In this document: piece after piece, positions 10,701 through 22,559 of the stretch
Layout of the letters: every line of letters begins with the position of its first letter
How positions within the stretch are numbered: the stretch's first letter is position 1
Assembly (NCBI RefSeq): GCF_032191835.1
Contig: NC_083224.1
Coordinates: 93,062,001 to 93,126,000 of the forward strand
Length of the DNA stretch: 64,000 nt
Reading direction: 5' to 3'
From: Heteronotia binoei
Lineage: Eukaryota
The notes under the pieces: generated by a model
What the model was told of the DNA's origin: nothing
Seen by the model: the letters and a program-made list of their open reading frames with translations, nothing else
Database searches by the model: none
Translations under genes and position numbers: made by a program

Positions 10701-12215
10701 GAGTGGATTTTGAACTTTTTATCAGGTTGCTCACAAAGGGTTAAAATGGACGGATATACTTCTTCCGTGAAGATCTTAAATACTGGCACTCCCCAGGGAT
10801 GTGTCTTGAGTCCACTTCTTTTCACTATTTACACGTCTGATTGTGTTTCTAGTAGTCTGAGTAACAAAATTGTTAAGTATGCAGATGATACAACGTTAGT
10901 GGGGCTCATCTCTGAGAATGATGAGTCTGCGTATAGGAGGGAAGTTCATCAGCTGTCCCTCTGGAGTAAAGCAAATAATCTTATTTTTAATGTAAATAAG
11001 ACGAAGGAAATTATAGTGGATTATAGGAAGAGTAGTCTGGACATTCAGCCATTGTTTATTGATGGTGTTATGGTAGAACAGGTGACAGAATGGAAGTTTT
11101 TGGGAATTACTATGAAACAGGATCTAACATGGGGGGCAAATACTTTAGCTCTAGAGAAAAAGGCCCAGCAACGACTATACTATTTAAGACTCTTAAGATC
11201 ACAACAACTGTCAGGGAGTCTGCTGGTTGCCTTTTATCGTAGTTCCATTGAGAGAGCATTTTATCTTATTTCCTCTGCGTGTGGTTTGGGAGCTGCACGG
11301 ACGCAGAGAGAAGGGTGCTCCAAAGAGTGATGGTAAGAGCACAGAAGATTTGTGGATGTTCTCTCCCCTCATTGGTGGATCTATATAATAGGGGATGTAA
11401 AAGGAAGATACAAATGATCTTAAGGGACCCTTCACATCCGGGCCACTTGCTATTTGAGATCTTACCGTCAGGTAGGCAATATAGAGTGTTGAAGGCTAAG
11501 ACAAATAGATTCAAGGGCAGCTTCTATCCAAGTGCCGTGGTTAGGCTAAATGCAGGGTTATAAATGGTTATTTGTTTTTAGATGCATTTAAATGGTCTAT
11601 GTATATGTCCTTTTTTGGGGGGGGGGGGTGTTGATGTGTTGGTATGTTTGTGGAAGAGCACCTCATTTCGTTGCTCTCATTTTCTTTTTTGAGAACAATG
11701 ACAATAAATTTATCTATCTATCTAAGCAATTCTCCTTTAATACTTTTAACCCTGCAGCTAAGTTCCTGAATCTCATTCATCATGCTGCACTTGAACCAAC
11801 CAAGAAATATAAAGAACCACAGACAGCAAACCAGGAAATTGGCTGGTTCTCCACACCTTTGGTGAGTGGGTTTAAATGGAACTAAGTTTTCAGAGCTGGG
11901 GGAAGGGGGGCAAGAGCAAGCCATTTCTTGTCACTATAGCATCACAAAGTCTTGAAATACTGTAAGATTATCAGATGTCAGAAATTCCAACAAAATGTGG
12001 TTAGGCAGACATTCAGCTCATTACTTCTTCTGCCAAATGTTCTTTATAGTATGTAAAGTAGTAGTGTATAGTATATAAAGTAGTAAAGTTCTGTTTTGCA
12101 GACCAGCACTGACCGAAGTGACAAGAGACTGAACTTCCCAAGTCGAAGCACTGAAATCACCAGATATATGGCTGCCATGTGGCGGCTGAAGGAAATGATG
12201 AAGGATAAAAGATAG
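1788..12215 (+). CDS. CFAP144: CFAP144 (FAM183A), cilia/flagella-associated protein, complete 4-exon CDS
   Basis: Exons 1788-1926, 8732-8791, 11758-11861 and 12102-12215, all GT-AG with frame maintained. Product [138 protein letters not shown] matches recalled FAM183A motifs ([37 protein letters not shown]...QTENQEIGW). Confidence 0.93.
2150..3140. mobile_element. Penelope-like element remnant with inverted terminal segments
   Basis: A minus-strand copy (2161-2232) and a plus-strand copy (3061-3135) of the gtgtgc..cac..gaaagct..tgaataaaact..gttggtc.taaaggtgccactgga motif flank about 830 bp in inverted orientation. The same motif occurs at 17785-17862. Confidence 0.5.
3940..4232 (+). mobile_element. 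Sauria SINE (Squam2-like), tRNA-derived
   Basis: gagtgttaaagctgcagtactgcag...caaggttgactcagccttccatccttccgaggtcggtaaaatgagt...gactggtgcttgcacaggggac; the same family recurs at 25510 and 27449. Confidence 0.8.
4290..8650 (+). mobile_element. CR1 LINE, near full length but degraded (ORF1 SGNH esterase remnant, ORF2 APE+RT), in CFAP144 intron 1
   Basis: ORF1 remnants LVVGDSIL and VHVGTN (5130-5300). ORF2 fragments [56 protein letters not shown], split by frameshifts and stops. The 3' end has an inverted repeat and a (TTCTTATG)-type tail at 8631-8650. The 5' boundary is approximate. Confidence 0.92.
10080..11725 (+). mobile_element. Rex1/Babar-type LINE, 5'-truncated, in CFAP144 intron 2
   Basis: 406-aa RT ORF ([73 protein letters not shown]) continues in another frame to the stop at 11563. 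3' UTR with AATAAA (~11703) and a (CTAT)n tail. Confidence 0.85.
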
Positions 12216-12925
12216 GGACTCCAAGTACTAGTTTAGAGTTTCTGATCTGCACCCTCTCAACCATTTCATGCAGCAAAGTAAACACCATAGGCAGTGAAAA
12301 TTTCTGCTGCAGCACATCCATGCTTGCAATAAACCTGTATCAGAATGTTGCCTGCCACAGTTTCTTCTGCATTCCTATATTTTGCACAGCAATCAGTTTT
12401 TACAAAATGGAAGATCCATTCCACAATGAGAAGCTGTTGTATGAATAAAGGGGGTTCACATGGCAATTGATCAATAGTTGACCATATTCAACCCCTAAAA
12501 GAGCCCAGTGACATGGCAGTAGAAGAACAAAGTACAGCCCAGAAATACAAGCACATGCCAGATGGTACTAAGTCCTGTGTGCCTGCCCAGTGCCCAAATT
12601 AGAATCCAATGCTGCTCTGCGAAACCCTCTATTACAGGATATCACATCCCCTGCTGAACATGCTGTGGTTATGTATGAATGGCCCAGGAAATTTAAGGGA
12701 TTATCCTGATCTTCCAGGATAAACATATAAGCAAGAGACTCTTTCAAAATTGTTTAATTTCTAAGTCTCACAGAAGGAAAAACCAGTGTGGACGAGAGGC
12801 AGCAACTGGCGGCTGTTCATGTACAAACATGTGACAATCAGCATCACACAGTAGCACTTGCTATTTTCATACTACTTCCTAAAAGAATGCCAAACTTTAC
12901 AAAGAAAAAAAGTCCACCCATTTCT

Positions 12926-15900
12926 CTATCGGGAACGGTTCTTCATTTTCTGCCTCATCTTTTTGCCAGGCCTCTTCTGAAAAAAAAGAGAAGAAATGCT
13001 GCAGTGGTAATTTCCCATTACCTTATTCTCACTCTGTCCTAGAAAATGTTCCCCAAGAAATTCCTGAGAAATCTAGGATACTAATTATTAAAGCTACAAA
13101 ATTATCTGTTTCCCCCAACTCATCCTGAATGTAATCCTCCTAATTCCCAATGCAATTAGAATGAAGATCTATCCCCTCATTCTAATTCAAGGCAGATACT
13201 TACGTTGGCACCCTTTTTTCTTGCTTTCCCCAAGCCCTTACAGTGGGCTACACTAGCACGAAAGCTGGACACATCATTGTGACTTTCTCGAGTGTTCCAT
13301 TTAGAGCCTTTCTTTTTTCCGCCAAAACCAAATTTTTGATTCTTGTAGCGTCGTTTAGCATTTGGTCTGGAAAAAAAGCAACATCCATGATGGTTGGGTA
13401 TGATGCTACAGTTTACCTGCCTTTCCAAAGAAAAAGGAAGTTCTCTTGCTTCTGCCTTCAAACTCACATATAAACAGATACATTGTTTCTTACTTCACCA
13501 TACTCTGAAGGGCTCCCCAGTCTTGTTTATTTTGTGATCAGTACTAGTTTTTTGAGTGGGCACAACCAGAAAATGGCTGCCATGGGAAGCAATCACAAAA
13601 TGACTGCCATAGGGTGCTGGTACCAATCACAAAATGTTTGGAGGTTTATAGCTATGGAGGCAGCTCCTGCATACACAAAAGTGATACATCCTGGTTCTTC
13701 TGAAGCACTCCATGCTTCACAGTGAGGTGGAGGAAATCCACAGATGGTTCTTTGCTTTGGGGAAGAGATGCCTTGTCAAACTGCAAATGGGAAACCCACT
13801 AATGGGTACCACATTGGAGATCAGTGCTCTAAGGTTATTTTGTTCAAGGCACAATGGAAACACCAATAGCCACTAGATGATTTAGGTTTCAACAGCCCCA
13901 CCACACCACATTAGTCTACCAGCTAGCTGCAGTTACCAAGTTCCAAGGCAGTGCTAATCCCAAATATTCAAAGTCACAATGCAGCTTCATTTGAAATATG
14001 ATTTTAAAACATGAAGCTCCTCTTTACCATCTGGTTAGTTTCAGTTTCATACACACTACCCTTATGTTTTGAAGCTTAAACTAGAAATTTGTATTTTTAA
14101 AAAAATTCAAACTGAAAAGCAAATGGTTCAAAAATACACTATGAGAATTGCCTCCCATTTTTCTGCTGAAAAATGTTTTGGATGTCAACTCAACACCAAC
14201 AAAATATACAATAGTGCAACAGTTTTTGTTCTTGAAAAAGCATGCAAACATTTGAGTTACACAACCTCTCAGAACAAAAAGTGATTGAATAAGAGGCCTA
14301 TTAATAGAAAAGTGAAAGTGGAGTTTCTGGTCGAAATCCCTCCATTAGCAAGGGTCTCACCCTTTCTTTATCACTTGGCCTCCAGTCTCCTCTTTCTTCT
14401 TGCTCTGAGAAAGTGGTGGCTGTTCTCCCTCCAGGAATTCCAACTTGTCTGATAGACCTGTATAAAGAATTGCATGGATGCCAAGCCACAGAAGAATGTC
14501 AATATAAGCTTTAGCCCTCAATGGACAAGACCTTTACATGTAAGCACTTCAAAATGTTCTATGAGGTCTTGTGATAGATCATTATAACTTTCATTTGATA
14601 GATGAAGGGGTGTAGACTGCAGATTTTATAGTGCAGTAAAAGCAACATTAGCCAATGATCAGAGAGCCTCAAGTAAGGCTACCAGGAAAGATAGAGGGGT
14701 ACAAGCCACCATCCCTTCCTTCTGGCATTCCCAACCCAGAACGTAACATGTAATAATGAATTAATGTAAAATATACCAATTTTGGGACACTGATAGTGAA
14801 GTCCTAAGAAATATTACATCCTCATACATCCACTGAAGACTCTGTGCCAGTGTCCGTCTCTCTCTTTGTATTTTTATGTGTGTGTGTGCACCTGGAAGTC
14901 ATGGTGACCTCTGTTTTTTTTTTAATTTTTTTAACTTTATTGAGAATAAACAAACGATCTTAACAAAAGAGTTAAACATTCATCCGGGTAATTCTGAGTA
15001 ATCCCTCTACATGAAACATAAAACAAAAAACAGAGAGTGAAAGTGGATTCAAACAACACGTTAATTATCACTTTTAAATAAAGTAGATTATTATCATAAC
15101 ATAAATTCCTCTTCAACCTAATTCCCCCCCCCCTTCTTTCCCTTCTGTCTTCCTTTCAATCCATCTGTACAATTTCTTCCATTTATTACTTGCTACTGGT
15201 TTCGCCTGCCCTTTCAGAAGTGCTGAAAGTATATCTGCCTCAGCGGCAAAAAGTACTTTTTCCACCAATTCCTCCAAATTTGGGCAATTCCCTTTCTTCC
15301 AATATTTGGCTATTAAAATTCTAGCAGCAGTGATAGTATAAATCACCAAATGTTCGTCGTCTTTTGGTATCTCCTTACCTATCATAGATAGTAACATTGG
15401 TTCAAAATGAAAATTCATACCTAACATTTCTTTTAAAAATAAACTTTCACCCAAATTTTTTTAACAATATCACAAGTCCACCATGCATGAAAAGTCATGG
15501 TGACCTCTGGTGGCTGACCCCTACTGGGGCCCTGGAGTCCCTGTTGTCCCAACTGCTGGTATTTCAAGGTCTCCCATTCAAGAACTTGCCAGAGTCGACC
15601 CTGCTTAGCTTCCGAAATCTGATGAGATTGGGCTCGCCTTGATTATCCATGTCAGGGCTCTGTGCCGGAGTCTCTTAAAGACTAGCCAACTGATTTCAGA
15701 ATGGAATTCCGCCCCCTCCATTAATAGGTGGTGTTTCCCCTTATCCTGCAGATAATTAGCAGCAACAGATCAACTTGCTGCTCTGAGCTTAGGACCAAAG
15801 TCCATACTATCTGCTAGGGCAATCTTTCACTACAACTATTGGCATCTTAATTGGCTTCTGCTATGCCATGGTAACCAGAAATTCCTACATGTTTTCCCAC

Positions 15901-18900
15901 TTCATATGCCATTTCTCCCTTCTCTGATAACATAGCAGAGGAGGAAGGAAGAGAAATGTGGAATACTTCACCTTTCTGGTATTTCTTGATTGCATGTAGC
16001 ATTGAGGTTTTCTCTTTCTGCCTCTTCTGCAGCACCTCTGTTTGCACCTGTCAAAAAGCAGAGAATGAGCCTTGCTCTCCTTTGTATCCCAGTAGTTGCC
16101 CTTTTGTGCACAACTAAGCATTCACACACACTTCCCACTTCACATCAAGCCTCAGTTCAAGGACTGTGGTCTTGTCCCAAATCTTCACCTTTTTGCCATA
16201 TTTCCTCAAAGCACGGAGCTGTTTGGCCCTTTCAGACTTCTCCATGGCTTCCTGTTTGCTCTTCAGCTTTTGACGAATCTAATGAGGAAAGACCAAACAA
16301 CATGCATACACTTCGGATTTATTTACAAGTGACTCTCTTCTCAGGTTTCACTGCGCCTTTTTAAGAGTGCCATGTTCCTAAATATGGCACTTCCATAATT
16401 TCTGCAACAGAGATTACACAGGAAATTAGGACAACATACAGAAGAGCAGTCATGTTAGCCTATAATGCCCAGGAAGTTGTGCTGTAGTATCTTGCATGAC
16501 AATTCTGGCTACAAAGATCCAATTTATTATCACCTTTCAAAAGGGAGATTAGGATGTCAAATCATATTATTGATTTTTAATACTGAAGCTATATTGTGGT
16601 TTTCCAAATAATGGACTATGAAGGTAAGCTGTGTGTAGTCCTTACACTAGGGAGAGCAAAGTGACAACTGTGCTTCCTCATGTCCCAGAGACTTACATAA
16701 AAGGATATTTGCAATATGATAGAACACATCAGTCAGGACCTCAAGCAAATGGAATACATTGAGGAAATACTGATAAACTGAACAAACAGTTGCAGTGCAT
16801 ATAAGATGTGCTGATCATTCCAATTTGTCTTCTTCACTGCATACAGCATATTCTTATTTATCCAAACTTGCCTTACACCAGAGTTTATATAAGAAACAAC
16901 AACTGCTAGTAGTATCCATTTCTCTCTTCTGCTTAATAAGCCACAAAAAAGACGTTATTCTGATACACTATTCTAAAAGAAATACGTTGGAATAAAGTAT
17001 AGCTCTACTTGATTTGAATGGATTTAGCATATATAATGAGATAAGAAACTAATATCCCTGTTCAGTCCCAGGGAAGTGAATTACAAGTTACTATGAAACT
17101 TGGAACAAACACCTCCCTGGGACTGAGCAGGTATATTGGTTTCTTATTTCATTACATATGCTAAATCCATTCTCACCAAGTAGAGCTATACATTCACTTT
17201 ATTCCAATGCAATTCTCTTTTAAAGTAGTGCATCAGAATGTCTTTTTTGTATTGACAAACTGGAATAAGGGATATTGGTTGTTTATCTCATTTCATATGC
17301 TAAATCCATCTTCCATTGTATTCCAATGTATTCTTTTTTGTATTGGCAAACTTGAATGATATTTATAATGCTGTTACATGTGAAAACGTCGTGAAAGCAA
17401 CATCACCCCAGAGTTGGAAATGACTGGTGCTTGCACAGGGGACTACCTTTACTTTTTTACATGTTAAAAAGTAAATTGGATGGAAACACCTCTGAGAAAA
17501 AGATGTTCTCAGTTTATCTCATGCTCAAGGAGAAATAGAGCAAATAACAGACTCATATACTGCCTTGTAATGTTGAATTCTCACCACAGTTCTCCAATTC
17601 TGACATGTTTATTGCCTTTTATTGTTTCCCCGCACAACTTATACTATCCAGACCAAACTTGTTAATCTTTCAATTTGTTAATTTCACTATTTTGCCACTG
17701 GATTCTAACTTCGTACTATTTTGCATGCTTAATGACTACCCACAAGCTGTATGTAGCACCATTAACCGTACCCCATTTCATTGTCTGATGAAGTGTGCTT
17801 TTAGCACATGAAAGCTTACATTCTCAATAAAACTTTGTTGGTCTTAAAGGTGTTACTGGACCCCCAACTTTGTTCTAGAACTCTGCAAAGACTGTTATTA
17901 TCTTCACTTCATTCTTCTATCTTTCTTGGAAGTATTCTTATGTGGAAACATCAGTGTTATCAGTTTGGAAGTGCTACAGTTCTGGACCTGACAAGATCCA
18001 TCTACAATTATAACAGATAATTGGAAGGGGGATTAGAAGCCATATAGCCAATATTCCCTCTAAGGAGTGAAGTCAAGTGAGTAAAAATTCTACTTCATGA
18101 GCTACTGGCATTAAAGTTGTGAGGTACTGCATAAATTAGTTTGCTCTGGGACCATTTTTTCTGAGCTAAGACAAAATCGTGAGCCGGAGGCTAAAAAACT
18201 GAGCTAGCTCACACTAACTCAGCTTAGAGGGAACACTGCATATATCCTACCTTATGAGAACCAATGCTGTATAATAATTAGACTATCAACAAACAGAGGA
18301 CTCACAAGTAACTCACAGGTGAGAGGAAATTCCATCCTCCATGCTGGTGCTCAGTTCCTCTCCTTTTCTTGGCTGCTCCCATTCCCTCTTTACTCCCCTC
18401 TTGTTGTCACCACCATTAGCCTTCTTCCTCCCTATCAACCCTCCTGGGCTTGCACTCTCTTCCATCATCCCTTTTTTAAAAAGCTGTGGTTGTACAGGGC
18501 AGCTAGGTAATCACCTAATGGTGGACCTCACAAGATCTCAGTCAGACTTGTTTTTAAAAGTTGCAACATGGGTGTAGGCACACACAACTTTTCCATTCAT
18601 GGATGGTTTTCCAAAAACAACAACAAAACACCCTTTCTCCCTCTTTTTTTAAAAAACCTTTTACTTTTAAAAATGTTGGGATTCTCCTGCAAATATTACA
18701 TTTGTAGAAATATCTTGCAGTACTCTACCAGACCACATTTTGAAGATGGGGCGGGGAGACTTGCATTTTAAATCACTTTAAGGACGAAAGTTGAAAGGTG
18801 TTCTATAAATAAATGAAATTAAACTTTCCCAGACTAACCCATTTGTCAAGGTTGTGCAGACCAAACAAAAGGGAGAACCTGAGCTCTATTGGGGAAAGGA

Positions 18901-21900
18901 AGAATATAACAAATAACCTTCTGCATTTGCTGGTCAGATTTTGCCATCTCTGCAAAATAGTCATCAGGCCGCCTAGTGGGGACTTTGAGCCGATGTAGCT
19001 GAGGTAAGGCTTCCATCACAGAAGCTTGAGCCTGATGATAACTGGGAAGATTAAAATAATTAAAGAATTACATCAACACTTTTAAATTATGTTTGCACTT
19101 TAAGTATTTCGTGCTCTGACAAGGAAGAGAAGTAGATTTCAAGCTCTTTGTTGCTGTGCCATGCTAACATACATAAATGCACAACTAGTCCCTCTTTCTC
19201 CCCTTTGCCATTTAAAACTCATTGTCATCAGTACACATATTGTCTTCTGGAGGCCACATTCACATCTCCCTCATATGTCTTGTTTTGCACTGCATTAATC
19301 TATTCTACAGAGCAATCAAGCAGCTCAAGGCAATTGTCTTCTGGGAACTTACTGCTATAATATCCATTCTTAAGAACACAAAAGAAGCCATGCTGGATCA
19401 GGCCAATGGCCCATTCATTCCAACACTCTGTGTCACACAGTGGCCAAAAACCAAGAGGTCCACCAGTTGGGCCAGACTCCAGAAGCCCTTTTTCCCTGTC
19501 CATGTGATCTTAACTTTTCTCCCTTGCTTCCCCCTCACAGACATTAATACTAGCATGAAATGTGCAATGCAACACACTAAGTTTTCAGGAAGCACCTGAT
19601 ATACATGGACTTACAAGCTCATCTTTCTCATAAAGTTAGGTGCAGGCCTCCCTCCTAGCCACTAGACTATGATGCTTGTTGACTGGAATGGCAACACTTT
19701 CTTCCCTTTTGATCCCTTTTTATTTTTCTCACTGCCAAAAAAGTAGTAGTTTGCTAACTTTGATGGGCTATGTTTGGTTGCTAGGAAGATTTTAATTCCT
19801 TATCTGAAGGGAGCCTTGGAGCTTATGATTACAGGTTGCTGTCCTTGTAAACACTGGGCTATGGATGACTGTGTGTGAACAGTGTGTGAAGGAGAATGGG
19901 CAGGGAAGTTATGCGATGATGGCACTGTGACCACTGCATTGTATTGATTAACCATGCAGAAAATCCATGAGGGGAACACTGCTCTGGTGATGTGGCTGGT
20001 GTCAGGGTTTCTAGGGATACTGTGAAAGTGGCTAAGTTTTCTTTCTACAGCTCTTGTACTGACTTTCCTTCCATATGCACAGGATGAGAAATCTACCTAG
20101 TACATTTTTATCAAATGCAGTACACCATTGTGATCCCTGACACAGCAGTCATCCAGGACAGCAGGACCACAGGACTGCACTGGCAAGACCAAAGCAATTA
20201 AAAAAAATTAACACCGTTTGTTCTTTGGTCCAAAAAGAGTAAACACTGTATATAATGTGTATCCAACAACTTCCTTGGAAGCCGCTCATCTATGCAGACT
20301 TACAAACTCATCTCTCTCTTGAAGTCATCCTCAGGGTCAACAGCATCTTTATCAGGCACATGGCTAGAAGCAATAGTTGTTTCCAGACAAGAAGTCACAT
20401 CAAGCCTTTCTACCCAGGCTAAATGTCTCTGGAATTCAGACAAACACTGTTTCAATCCATCCTAGAAAGAAGCACATTAATAGTGATTAAGCAGAACATG
20501 TAAGACCTTCTGTATGTCACCTTACTAAGAAAAGCACAAAGAATCTTGAAAGTTCCTGCCTAAACATAACCTAAATACATCATTACTAGGGATGGGTACG
20601 AATTGGGAAAATGGAGGTTTGTGGTTAATGTGGTCTCATGAACCATTCTGTTTAATGAACTGGCCTAAGGGCTGTGATGTTGCATAGCTCACAAAAGTCA
20701 TTTAAAGGATTCCTTTTAAATGGCTTTCACAAGCTGCGGACTTGCGGAAGGCATTTAAATGCCTTTTAAATGGATTCCTTCAAATGGTTTTTACAAGCTA
20801 CACCACATGGCATTATGACTTGGCAAGTTAACTCAGAAGGCATTTAGAGAGGCCATGGTCTCTTTAAATACCTTATAGCCATGCCCAAATAAAGGCCAAG
20901 TAATATTGGCTTTTATTAGGGAGCAGCTATTTTGGTAGCCAAATGAGAGTCTCAAATCTGATTTGGCTGAATTCCGAAAAAATACCAGTAAGGGTTTGGT
21001 GGGGGGGTTTTGTATTTGGCTCAGTATATGCCATGGGCACACCCCTGATTTTTACCTGCTCCTGCCTCTATGATCCAAGTGGGCAATGCAGCAATCACCC
21101 TATATATTTTGTGTATGATATCTTAGAAGAAGAAAAAGGCCACTCCAAAAACTGAATGCCCAGCTGCAAAGTATTAAGGTAAAGTACAACTGAACAGAGT
21201 GATTGATGCCCAAACTAAATGCTAAGTTCATAACCTAGAAGCTCAGCATGCCAACAAATGTCATAATCACCTAGTACTCACCACATTGTTGAAAGCCTTT
21301 GGTCGTCCCTCAAGCACAACATTTAGACCTGGCTTTAACGAACCTTTAGTAAATGCTTTCTGAAGCTATATTAGAAGAAACAGACACATAAATAGAATAC
21401 CATGAAACTGATCCTCACAAATATCAAATGAATTAGTTCAGTCGCCTCCAACTCTTGATAAAAGAATATATGAGGAACAAAAATATACAGATGAGCATCT
21501 GGAAGTATACCCAGAATTAGGTGTTCAAACTGCTGCCTTACCCTTATAGGAGTACATTTAGCTTGAAAGACTAAATATATGCTGTGCTACTGAAAACTGG
21601 AACAGTATTTGAAACAATCCTCAACACAGCCCAATTCACCATATTGCCTTAGGCAAATCAGTATTCTCACCATCTCCCTTACCCTAAATATGGAGACCAA
21701 TTACTGAGCTACCTTACAAGGTTACTGTAAGGATTTTTGAGAGAAAATATACTTGATACACATTCCCTCGTAATAACAAAAGTGATTTGTCACATTACAT
21801 GTAACACCCTACACCCTATACTAAACCTCATGAGGTATAATAATGGTTATATAAAAATAATATAGTGCACCCATAGTACTTCTATCAAAAGACACTCTAA

Positions 21901-22194
21901 AAATTTGGAAAAAACCACTGCTGTTTTCATATCTTGGAACGAAACACACCATGACCCTGGTAAGTTGAAAGAATGACCTTTTACAGTAGTCTATAAAATA
22001 AAAACACCCTACTATCATCAACCACCACAGGCTACTATAGGACCTAGCCCGACCATATTGTAAGAACTGTATCTCATGACACAACAGCAGGGCAACCTGA
22101 AACTTACTCTCACTAAAGAACACAGAATCAAACGTACCTCTCGGTCAGTGACAACAGATTTTTCAGAATCTGAGGACGTTAAGAAATTTTCCAT
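12926..22194 (-). CDS. EBNA1BP2: EBNA1BP2 (rRNA-processing protein EBP2), complete 9-exon CDS
   Basis: Exons 22194-22138, 21365-21282, 20461-20304, 19041-18918, 16278-16189, 16047-15972, 14457-14361, 13366-13204 and 12976-12926, all GT-AG with consistent phase. Motifs VVTDRELQ, LKPGLNVVLEG, VDPEDDFKREMSFY, PTRRPDDYFAEMAKSD, YKNQKFGFGGKKKGSKWNTRES, KRPGK match recalled human EBP2. Confidence 0.95.
14850..15658 (-). mobile_element. 5S rRNA-derived SINE (SINE3-type), interrupted by an L1 fragment
   Basis: Reverse complement of 15558-15658 (...gagcccaatctcatcagatttcggaagctaagcagggtcgactctggcaagttcttgaatgggagacc...) is a diverged 5S head. The body continues on the other side of the L1 insert. The 3' boundary is approximate. 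Confidence 0.7.
14914..15491 (-). mobile_element. L1 3' fragment with 18-bp TSD
   Basis: HAWWTC zinc-knuckle remnant and AARILIAKYWK C-terminus; T-rich tail on the plus strand at 14914-14940; TSD aagtcatggtgacctctg at 14896-14913 and 15492-15509. Confidence 0.88.
16985..17205. repeat. Long imperfect inverted repeat (~90-bp arms), MITE-like, in EBNA1BP2 intron 4
   Basis: ttggaataaagt..atagctctacttg..gaatggatttagcatat..aatgagataagaaac..tcagtcccaggga versus tccctgggactga..gtttcttatttcatt..atatgctaaatccattc..caagtagagctat..actttattccaa. Confidence 0.75.
17600..17870 (+). mobile_element. Penelope-like element 3' end containing a minimal hammerhead-ribozyme core
   Basis: CTGATGA-A-GTGTGC-tttta-GCACAT-GAAA-GCTTA at 17785-17818, followed by aataaaactttgttggtcttaaaggtg. 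The left boundary is approximate. Confidence 0.6.
18049..18238. mobile_element. hAT-type MITE (TIR cagtgttccctctaagctg family)
   Basis: TIR remnants caatattccctctaag / cagcttagagggaacactg; 8-bp TSD catatagc/catatatc. Confidence 0.8.
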
Positions 22195-22559
22195 GTCTGC
22201 CTGGAGCATCATAAGCTGCGTTCTGGAATACTTGGACTTGGCGGCCACCAAACTGTAGCAGGGGAAAAAATAATGAAGCACGCTCCTTTCACTTCCCAAA
22301 GACCATGAAAGAGATGGGGTAGATTTGCCAGTTTGCCGTACCGCGCTCCTGAACCTATTCTCAAAAGCTCAGCAGAAGGCGGCTCCCCACCACATCAACA
22401 TGTTGAGAAAAAACTCTGCTCGTTTAATTTCTGCTCATCACAGGAAACCTTGACCAGAAAACAATATGACAGCCTAAGACTCAACCCCGAACCTGAAATT
22501 TCCAGTCGGAGACTCCAGCCTCCAAACGCGGGAAAGGGAAAAATATCCCCGTCAGCTCA

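Noticed and set aside
13155-13190. 11-bp hairpin aattagaatga/tcattctaatt in EBNA1BP2 intron 8
   Set aside because: Short and AT-rich; compatible with chance.
15558-15658. 5S rRNA gene
   Set aside because: Many substitutions relative to 5S, and it continues into a SINE body; treated as a SINE head.
12977-22137. Intronic snoRNAs in EBNA1BP2 (expected for a ribosome-biogenesis host)
   Set aside because: No convincing C box/D box pair with terminal stem was seen by eye (e.g. ATGATGT near 20580 lacks a D box). H/ACA RNAs cannot be excluded without snoReport or Infernal.
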